Assembly (NCBI GenBank): GCA_045655845.1
Contig: JAZOPX010000029.1
Span: forward strand, 1 to 55,583
Direction: 5' to 3'
From: Bacteroidaceae bacterium
Lineage (GTDB): Bacteria; Bacteroidota; Bacteroidia; Bacteroidales; Bacteroidaceae
Length of the DNA stretch: 55,583 bases
The notes beneath the pieces were generated by a model. That model was not told the DNA's origin. It did no database searches and worked only from the letters and a program-made list of their open reading frames with translations. Shown here in pieces: positions 46,777 to 55,583 of this stretch; position 1 is the first letter of the stretch; every line of letters starts with the position of its first letter. Made by a program: the position numbers and the translations under genes.

Positions 46777-49110
46777 ATGAAATTCTATCCTATGAAACGC
46801 ACACTTTCATTACTCTCTCTCTTCTTAGTCATTGGGCTGTTCATGGCTTGTGAGCCTCAGGCAGAGATACCAAGTGAACCAACCGAGCCCCAATTCTCGG
46901 AGTTACCCTATGGTCTCTCGGGCTACTCGCTCACAGATTACGGTACCCCCAAGGCCGATGAGCCCTGCGTACTCTATTACAAGGCTGGAGGCGAGTATCC
47001 TTTCAGTGGCTTTACCGCACCGCTTTATATGCATATAGGTATCGTCGCCCACGAGTGGATGCATGTACAGGCAGATTGGACTACCAATTTGGAGAAGTGT
47101 CGACTTATTCCTACCGATACACTTGATGTGTGGAAATTGGAGATTACACCTACCATTCGCCAATGGTTTGATGCTGCTGCCGATGAGGTGATAAATAAAA
47201 TTGGTGTCGTGGTGCGCAATGCAGATGGCACGAAACAAACGAAGGATCTCTTCTGCATCGTAGAGGATGAAGCGAATGAGATAACCTATGATAAGGTAGA
47301 GAAAGCTCCTCTCCCCGTTGGGGTGGTGCAGGGCATCAACTATATCGATGACTCCACGGTGACCTTGGTGCTGAAAGAGGAGGATGCTCAGGGCGAGTGC
47401 TACGACTATGCCTATGTCATCGGTGATCACAGCGATTGGGAGTGCCAGAGCGCTTATGCCATGAAGCGCGACGAGAAGGCTGGCTGCTGGTGGTGTACGC
47501 TTGAGGGGCTTACTCCTGGCAAGGAATATCGATTCCAGTACCACCTCTACGATAAGGAGTGGGGCGTGGCCCGTCTTGCCGATCCCTACGCCGAGATAGT
47601 ATACTCCTCGGAAGACCAGTGGATATCCTCCACTACCTATCCGGCGATGCCTGCCTATCCCACTGCGACCTCAGGGTATGTAGCCGCGTTCCAGACGGGT
47701 AGGGGAGAGTATGAGTGGGACATCGAGGATTACATCATCGAGGATGCCGATAACCTTGTTATATATGAGCTGTTGCTGCGTGACTTCTCCTCTACCAAGG
47801 ACCTTGCCGGTGCCTTGGCACGTATCGACTATCTTGATGACCTTGGGGTCAATGCCATTGAGTTGATGCCGGTGCAGGAGTTTGATGGCAACAGTAGCTG
47901 GGGCTATAACCCCTCAAACTATTTCGCTATGGACAAGGCCTACGGCACACGCGAGATGTACAAGCAGTTTATCGACGAGTGTCATCGCAGAGGTATGGCA
48001 GTCATCCTCGATGTGGTGTACAATCACGCAACGGGTGCTCACCCCATGGCTCGCATGTATTGGGACGCTGCGGGTAATTGTACGGCGGCCAACAACCCTT
48101 GGTTCAACGTGTCGGCTCCCCATCCTTATAGCGTGTTTCACGACTGGAACCACGAGAACGAAGAGGTGCGTGCCTATGTGAAACGCAATCTGGAGTATCT
48201 GCTCACAGAGTATAAGGTTGACGGTTTCCGCTTCGACCTCACCAAGGGGTTCACTCAGCGCAAGTGTACGGAGCAGACGGCCTCTAACTATGACCAGGCA
48301 CGCATCGATGTGCTCACCGAATACTACGAGGCCATCAAGGCTGTGCATCCCGAGGCAGTGGTTATCCTGGAGCACTTCTGCTGCGATGCCGAGGAGCGCA
48401 AGCTTACCGAGCAGGGCATGAAGGTGTGGCGCAATGTGAACAATGCCTATTGCCAGACAGCTATGGGTTATGTCGAAAACAGTGACCTAACTCCCCTGTG
48501 GACAGGAAAGAATGGTATGCCTCATGGTGGATACGTGGGCTTCATGGAGAGCCATGATGAGGAGCGCACCGCCTACAAGGCTAAGACGTGGGGGGCAGGT
48601 AATCTGTCTAAGTCTTTGCCTGAGCGTATGCAGCGTGCAGCACTCAATGCCGCCTTCTTCTTCACCGTGCCTGGTCCGAAGATGGTGTGGCAGTTTGGCG
48701 AGCTGGGCTACGACTACTCCATTGAGGAGAACGGGCGTACGGGCGAAAAGCCCCTCCGCTGGGACTACTTCGAGGTACCCGAGCGCAAGGCACTCTATGA
48801 TGCCTATGCCCAACTCATTGGGTTCCGGAAAGCTCATCCTCAATTCTTTACCAGCGAGGCTGACTTCTCTTGGCTGGTGTCTACCAGCTATTGGAGCACG
48901 GGGCGCACCATCCGGTGCGTGGCGGGCGAGGAGGCCTTCGTCGTAGTGGGCAACTTTGACACGCAGACACAGACACTGACCGTGAACTTCCCTCAAGAGG
49001 GCACCTGGCGCAACTACTTTGATGCTACAGAGAGCTACACTGGCACCACGGCCACAATGCCAATCGAAGCAGGAGAGTATAGACTGTATCTAATGGATAA
49101 TGGAGAATAA
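46777..49110 (+). CDS. GH13-family alpha-glucan hydrolase lipoprotein with an E-set/CBM48-like domain (pullulanase/amylase-like)
   Basis: GH13 regions I to IV are present: DVVYNHAT, GFRFDLTKG, VILEHF and FMESHDEE. An upstream beta-sandwich domain reads YRFQYHLYD...ADPYA. The lipobox is LFMAC. An alternative start at 46792 gives MKRTLSLL. Confidence 0.85.
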   Translation: MKFYPMKRTLSLLSLFLVIGLFMACEPQAEIPSEPTEPQFSELPYGLSGYSLTDYGTPKADEPCVLYYKAGGEYPFSGFTAPLYMHIGIVAHEWMHVQADWTTNLEKCRLIPTDTLDVWKLEITPTIRQWFDAAADEVINKIGVVVRNADGTKQTKDLFCIVEDEANEITYDKVEKAPLPVGVVQGINYIDDSTVTLVLKEEDAQGECYDYAYVIGDHSDWECQSAYAMKRDEKAGCWWCTLEGLTPGKEYRFQYHLYDKEWGVARLADPYAEIVYSSEDQWISSTTYPAMPAYPTATSGYVAAFQTGRGEYEWDIEDYIIEDADNLVIYELLLRDFSSTKDLAGALARIDYLDDLGVNAIELMPVQEFDGNSSWGYNPSNYFAMDKAYGTREMYKQFIDECHRRGMAVILDVVYNHATGAHPMARMYWDAAGNCTAANNPWFNVSAPHPYSVFHDWNHENEEVRAYVKRNLEYLLTEYKVDGFRFDLTKGFTQRKCTEQTASNYDQARIDVLTEYYEAIKAVHPEAVVILEHFCCDAEERKLTEQGMKVWRNVNNAYCQTAMGYVENSDLTPLWTGKNGMPHGGYVGFMESHDEERTAYKAKTWGAGNLSKSLPERMQRAALNAAFFFTVPGPKMVWQFGELGYDYSIEENGRTGEKPLRWDYFEVPERKALYDAYAQLIGFRKAHPQFFTSEADFSWLVSTSYWSTGRTIRCVAGEEAFVVVGNFDTQTQTLTVNFPQEGTWRNYFDATESYTGTTATMPIEAGEYRLYLMDNGE

Positions 49111-49198
49111 AAGTCTTCTCAGGGTCCTCCGATACTCCGAGTTCTCTGAGCCCTCCGAGAAATAAATCATAAATCAAAAATCATAACTCAAAAACCTC

Positions 49199-52100
49199 AT
49201 GAAACGACTATTTGGATTCTTATTGGCGGTGACACTCTTGACCGCTTGCACTGGTAGCAAGCAAGAGATGGATGCCTCTACCGACTGGGCCAACACCGTA
49301 GTGTACGAGATGAACGTGCGACAGTACACCCCTGAAGGCACCTTTGCCGCAGCTCAGAAGGAGCTGCCACGTCTGCAGGAGTTAGGTGTCGATGTGGTGT
49401 GGCTCATGCCCATCTATCCCATTGGTGTCGAAGGTCGCAAGGGTACCTTGGGCTCCTACTATGCCATCAAGGACTATACGGATATCAATCCCGAGTTTGG
49501 CACGTTGGCCGACTTTGACAACTTCCTTGCCGAGGCTCATCGCTTGGGATTGAAGGTTATCATCGACTGGGTGGCCAACCACACCTCGCCCGATGCACGC
49601 TGGGTGACCGAGTCGCACGCCTCATGGTATGAGCGCGATGCTCAGGGCAACCTCACCTACACGGCCGACTGGAGCGATACAGCCAACCTCAACTATGCCG
49701 ACGAGGGTATGGTGCGTGCCATGCAGGAGGCCATGCTCTTCTGGCTCAAGCGCGGTGTCGACGGCTTCCGTTGCGACATGGCTTGCGAGGTGCCCCTTAC
49801 CTTCTGGGAAGAGGCCATCAAGGTCTTCAAGGCTGAGTACCCCGACATCTTCATGTTGGCCGAGGGCGAGGAGCCTTTGTTGCAGAGCCAGTGCGGGTTC
49901 CACTCTTCTTACTCATGGGAGCTGCATCACATGATGAATGTCATCGCCCAGGGCAAGCAGGGTATCGATGACCTTGTGGCCTATATAAATAAGGACACCG
50001 AGCGTCATCCCCAAGGAGCCTACCGCCTGATGTTTACCTCTAACCACGACGAAAACTCATGGGCAGGCACCGAGTTTGAGCGCATGGGCGATGCTGCCAA
50101 GGCTATGGCTGTGCTCACTTTCACGCTTCCTGGCGGTCAGCCCCTCATCTATACGGGTCAGGAGATGGGGTGGAACCATCGCTTCCAGTTCTTCGAGAAG
50201 GACCCTATCCCTGCTTGGGAGAAGAATGCATATACCGACTTCTATCGTGACCTCATCGCCTTCAAGCACAACAATCCCGCTCTGGCGGCTGGGGTAGGCG
50301 AGGGCGAGTTCCGCATCGTCAGCACCGAAAATAACACGCTCGTGTTCACCCGCTCAGTACCGGGCAATACGGTCGAGGTGTCGGTACAGCTCGAGGCACC
50401 TTGGCATTGGGAATACAAGACCATCGACACTCCCATCCAGCATGTGGAGCCCCTCTCCTGGTGGGTAGGCATGACCACACCCCTGCAGCTGATGATCCAT
50501 GGCACCGACATCGCTTCCTACGACCTCTCCATCGAGGGCGGCAAGGGGGTGACCGTAGGCAAGGTACATAAGGCCGAGAGCCCCAACTACCTGTTTGCCG
50601 ACATCGCCATCAGTGCCAATGCACAGCCCGGCACCTACTGGCTTGTCTTCACTCAGGGCGACAAGACCTTCAAGCACCCCTATGAGCTGCAAGCACGTCG
50701 CGAAGGCTCTGCCGAGCGCACCAGCTTCACCACGGCCGACATGGTGTATCTCCTCATGCCCGACCGCTTTGCCAATGGCGACCCCACGAACGACTCTACC
50801 CCCGACACCGAGGAGAAGGCCGACCGCAATGCCTTCTTCGGTCGTCATGGTGGCGACCTGCAGGGTATGATTGACCATCTCGACTATATCGCTGACCTTG
50901 GCGCCACGACCATCTGGCCCACACCGCTGTTGCTCGACAATGCTCCCGAGGGCTCATACCATGGGTATGCTGCTGCCGACTATTACCACATAGACCCCCG
51001 CTTTGGTAGCAATGCACTCTACAGAGAGTTTGTCGGTGAGGCTCACAAGCGCGACCTCAAGGTCATCATGGACATCGTCACCAACCACTGTGGCACCGAG
51101 CATTGGTGGATGGCTGACCTTCCCTTCGCTGATTGGATTCACCAGTTTGATACCTACACAGGCACCAACATCTGCTTCTCTACTAACATGGACCCCAATG
51201 CCTCAATGAAGGACCTCTACATCCAGGAGAGCGGTTGGTTTGTCCCCTCTATGGTCGACATGAACCTCGACAATGAGTACACCCTCCGTTACTTCATTCA
51301 ATGGGCCATCTGGTGGATTGAGTATGCCGACCTCGACGGCTTCCGTGTTGACACCTATCCATATAATGAGAAGGTGCCCATGAGCCGTTGGTGTGAGGCT
51401 GTGATGAAGGAGTATCCGCAGTTCAATATCGTGGGTGAGTGCTGGACCTCTTCTGTCCCTCAGCTCGCCTACTGGCAGGGGGGCAATGCCAACAAGGATG
51501 GCTTTGACTCTCATTTGCCTGCCATCATGGACTTCCCCCTCCACGATGCCATGCGTGCCGGTCTCTCTGAGAGCAATCCCGGTTGGGGACAGGGTATGAC
51601 ACGCGTCTATGATTGCTTGTCTCACGACTTCCTCTACCACGACCTCTCCAACATGATGATCTTTTCTGGCAACCATGACACCGATCGCCTTGGCGATGTG
51701 GTAGGTCGCAATCCCAATAAGGCGAAACTTGCCCTCACCATGATGGCTACTATGCGCGGCCTGCCTCAGGTGTTCGTGGGTGATGAGATGATGTTTGTCT
51801 CCAAGGACCTCAGCCAGGGGCATGGTGGCTTGCGTGTCGACTTCCCCGGTGGATGGAAGGGCGACAAGGTCAACCTCTTCACTGCCGAAGGTCGTGCCCT
51901 GCATGCACAGGCTGCCGAGTTGTATGACTATTCGCGCACCCTCTTCCAGTGGCGCAAGACCAAGGAGGTTATCCACCATGGCAAGACCCTTCACTTCATG
52001 ACTCGCGACAATACCTATGGATACTTCCGCTACGATGACGATGATGTAGTATTCGTTTATATCAACAACTCGCAGGAGCCCAAGTACCTCCCCTGGAGCT

Positions 52101-52228
52101 ACTATGCAGAGATCACCGAAGGACTCTCTGCTGGGCGTAATGTCATCACGGGTGAGGTGGTTACCCTTTCTGATGATACTGTAGTCGTTCCCGAGCAGGC
52201 ATTGGTGGTAGAGTTTAGTAAGAAATAA
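49199..52228 (+). CDS. Fusion lipoprotein with two complete GH13 catalytic modules: an alpha-amylase-like module plus a SusA/neopullulanase-like module with a cyclomaltodextrinase N domain
   Basis: Module 1 has DWVANH, GFRCDMA, LAEGEE and FTSNHD. Module 2 has VEPLSWWVGMTTPLQLMIHG, then DIVTNH, GFRVDTY, VGECW and FSGNHD. This is a single uninterrupted 1009-codon ORF. Confidence 0.85.
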   Translation: MKRLFGFLLAVTLLTACTGSKQEMDASTDWANTVVYEMNVRQYTPEGTFAAAQKELPRLQELGVDVVWLMPIYPIGVEGRKGTLGSYYAIKDYTDINPEFGTLADFDNFLAEAHRLGLKVIIDWVANHTSPDARWVTESHASWYERDAQGNLTYTADWSDTANLNYADEGMVRAMQEAMLFWLKRGVDGFRCDMACEVPLTFWEEAIKVFKAEYPDIFMLAEGEEPLLQSQCGFHSSYSWELHHMMNVIAQGKQGIDDLVAYINKDTERHPQGAYRLMFTSNHDENSWAGTEFERMGDAAKAMAVLTFTLPGGQPLIYTGQEMGWNHRFQFFEKDPIPAWEKNAYTDFYRDLIAFKHNNPALAAGVGEGEFRIVSTENNTLVFTRSVPGNTVEVSVQLEAPWHWEYKTIDTPIQHVEPLSWWVGMTTPLQLMIHGTDIASYDLSIEGGKGVTVGKVHKAESPNYLFADIAISANAQPGTYWLVFTQGDKTFKHPYELQARREGSAERTSFTTADMVYLLMPDRFANGDPTNDSTPDTEEKADRNAFFGRHGGDLQGMIDHLDYIADLGATTIWPTPLLLDNAPEGSYHGYAAADYYHIDPRFGSNALYREFVGEAHKRDLKVIMDIVTNHCGTEHWWMADLPFADWIHQFDTYTGTNICFSTNMDPNASMKDLYIQESGWFVPSMVDMNLDNEYTLRYFIQWAIWWIEYADLDGFRVDTYPYNEKVPMSRWCEAVMKEYPQFNIVGECWTSSVPQLAYWQGGNANKDGFDSHLPAIMDFPLHDAMRAGLSESNPGWGQGMTRVYDCLSHDFLYHDLSNMMIFSGNHDTDRLGDVVGRNPNKAKLALTMMATMRGLPQVFVGDEMMFVSKDLSQGHGGLRVDFPGGWKGDKVNLFTAEGRALHAQAAELYDYSRTLFQWRKTKEVIHHGKTLHFMTRDNTYGYFRYDDDDVVFVYINNSQEPKYLPWSYYAEITEGLSAGRNVITGEVVTLSDDTVVVPEQALVVEFSKK

Positions 52229-52241
52229 ATATAATACATAA

Positions 52242-54461
<2,220 letters not shown>

Positions 54462-54532
54462 GTCGGAGCCACACGGTAGGCGAAAAGCTTTTGTAGACGA
54501 ACGAAAAAACCTTTGTCCGTTTCTAAAAAAGC

Positions 54533-54568
54533 CTTTGTCTGATTTTTTTATCGGACAAAGTCTTTTTT
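54533..54568 (+). terminator. Rho-independent terminator of the PUL
   Basis: CTTTGTCTGA (54533-54542) pairs with TCGGACAAAG (54551-54560) with one G:U. The loop is 8 nt and is followed by TCTTTTTT. Confidence 0.7.
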
Positions 54569-54629
54569 CTTGTCAGACGGCTTTGATTTTCCACTGCTAT
54601 ATTATCCCTTTTTCTTCCCTCCAAAAACG

Positions 54630-54709
54630 GTCTACCCTCGAGAAAAATTGGGCCTACCCATTTTTGAAAAAGGGTAGACTCACGAAGAAAAATGGGTAGG
54701 CCCAATTTT
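54630..54709. repeat. Interleaved inverted repeats in the order a-b-a'-b', sharing a CTACCC core
   Basis: Arm a is GTCTACCCT (54630-54638) and a' is AGGGTAGAC (54671-54679). Arm b is AAAATTGGGCCTACCCATTTTT (54644-54665) and b' is its perfect 22-nt reverse complement (54688-54709). Confidence 0.8.
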
Positions 54710-54768
54710 CCCTGTTTACATATAAGTCCTCTTAAGGCGATTGGGACAATAATAATGATTCTCTCACA

Positions 54769-54930
54769 CCCCTTGGCAACGGCAACGAACTGATGCCAAA
54801 CGCCCTGATGCTCAGTGTCTAATCCCCTGCCATCCCTACTGCCAACCCCTTGGCATACCCCTTGGCAATAGTGACAAGTGCTGACAATCAATTCCATACG
54901 CAGCGTTCTTAACTGCCACTGCCAAGGGGT
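54769..54930. repeat. CCCCTTGGCA decamer in three direct copies and one inverted copy
   Basis: The direct copies lie at 54769-54778, 54846-54855 and 54858-54867. The inverted copy TGCCAAGGGG lies at 54920-54929. Confidence 0.75.
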
Positions 54931-55095
54931 AAACGCAAATCATTATCCTGTCATTGTTGTCGTGTTGCATAACATAATTCATGATTAATTCGTGGCCATT
55001 GCTTTAGTCCCTACGGACAGCGAACTTCGTTTCGTGTTTACAATAAAAACAATTGCCATGACTCGTGCTTACTTTTTCTTTTAGACATAAATTCT

Positions 55096-55137
55096 CGTGA
55101 ATTTCCCGTGAATTATCATAAATAATTACTACTTTTG
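55096..55137 (+). promoter_or_regulatory. Candidate promoter: direct repeat CGTGAATT x2 with an 11-bp period, then a -7 box TACTTTTG
   Basis: CGTGAATT lies at 55096-55103 and 55107-55114. TACTTTTG lies at 55130-55137. The next start codon is about 410 nt downstream, at 55547. Confidence 0.4.
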
Positions 55138-55311
55138 TCGCGACTCATTAGCCTACGTGTAGGGAGGTGGGTCAAGACATTTTGAAAAAGGACGTTTACG
55201 AACGTTATCTTCTAATCTCAAATCTCGCAAATTTGATCCCAAGAAGATACGGCAACGGAAGCGTCCACATCGGGCGTTTATTACACCTGTCACTTGTAGC
55301 CTGAGGGCTAA

Positions 55312-55348
55312 CTTTGTCATGCTGAACCAAGTGAAGCATCTCGCAAAG
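55312..55348 (+). repeat. Third copy of the hairpin repeat family, plus orientation
   Basis: The sequence ctttgtcatGctgaaccaagtgaagCatctcgcaaag is about 31/37 identical to the reverse complement of 38585-38625. The stem change is a paired C>G and G>C. Confidence 0.7.
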
Positions 55349-55381
55349 GCTGTTAACTGAGGTCGTTTATAAACTGCACGG

Positions 55382-55469
55382 CGTGGGCTAATGCGTTGCT
55401 TATCCTTGGGAAAGGCAATGCGAGAGCCTGAGATTGGGATAAGCGAGTACAGAATCCCACGTCTTTTTT
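55382..55469 (+). terminator. Large multi-tier hairpin followed by a U run, a terminator-like element in the leader of the last gene
   Basis: CGTGGG (55382-55387) pairs with CCCACG (55456-55461). GCTTATCC (55398-55405) pairs with GGATAAGC (55437-55444). There is an inner AGGC/GCCT stem. The structure is followed by TCTTTTTT (55462-55469). Confidence 0.4.
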
Positions 55470-55546
55470 ATTTATATAAGGTATGTGGCCGAAGTTGGGG
55501 GACTCTGATAGGCATATAGAGGACAAACATTATTTAATCTATTGTT

Positions 55547-55583
55547 ATGATGAGAATCAAAAAACTTTGGCTGACCACGATAG
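55547..55583 (+). CDS. 5' end of an unidentified gene with a signal-peptide-like start, truncated by the window edge
   Basis: ATGATGAGAATCAAAAAACTTTGGCTGACCACGATA translates to MMRIKKLWLTTI. Only 12 codons are visible. Confidence 0.3.
   Translation, partial: MMRIKKLWLTTI

Noticed and set aside
55146-55470. Assigning the leader to a known riboswitch class. CUGAGA and GUAGGGA strings hinted at TPP, and CUUAUC...GAUAAG hinted at SAM-I.
   Set aside because: The order and spacing of the conserved cores do not fit. There is no ACCC...GAACCUGAUC element for TPP, the CUUAUC/GAUAAG helix encloses only about 31 nt, and no B12 box was seen. I left it unclassified.

Overview
This 55.6-kb window looks like an ordinary chromosomal segment of a Bacteroidota genome. 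The order Bacteroidales, probably Prevotellaceae, is my inference from gene content, TAnnTTTG -7 promoter boxes and moderately high GC judged by eye.

Gene content, left to right:
- a 31-codon smalltalk-like micro-ORF, a CapA-like metallophosphatase and a DUF4251 protein
- an initiator tRNA-fMet
- a co-directional block of RluA-family pseudouridine synthase, a 1138-aa double sensor-kinase-like protein, the 2447-aa T9SS translocon SprA/Sov and a small FKBP
- a PurF-like amidophosphoribosyltransferase that lacks the N-terminal Cys
- a 60-aa Cys-rich lipopeptide gene with its own promoter box and terminator
- mtaB, a GT2 glycosyltransferase and a PUR-like (DUF3276) protein
- a homoserine-node cluster: thrA, an ApgM-like enzyme, a BtuF/BtuC-like ABC pair without an ATPase, metA and a long U32 protein
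- an ALDH plus SDR pair
- batC, batD, batE and a PAP2 phosphatase
- a small helix-turn-helix (HTH) protein and malQ
- a complete starch-type polysaccharide utilization locus (PUL): MFS transporter, susC, susD, susE/F-like, GH13, a GH13-GH13 fusion and GH97/susB
- a 1.1-kb ORF-free, repeat-rich tail

I saw no CRISPR array, rRNA, transposase, integrase or recognisable defence island, and I cannot point to a clear novel multi-gene system.

The most interesting signals are small or non-coding:
1. five exactly 22-bp-phased TCGCGGAG iterons upstream of the PUL promoter
2. the metallothionein-like Cys-rich lipopeptide
3. the kinase plus pseudokinase fusion next to sprA
4. a hairpin repeat family with compensatory substitutions on both sides of the PUL
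5. a promoter, about 400-nt leader and terminator arrangement with a competing long-range helix upstream of the truncated last gene
6. the tandem GH13 fusion

All folds, alignments and composition statements were made by eye, and family names are from memory. No searches were run.
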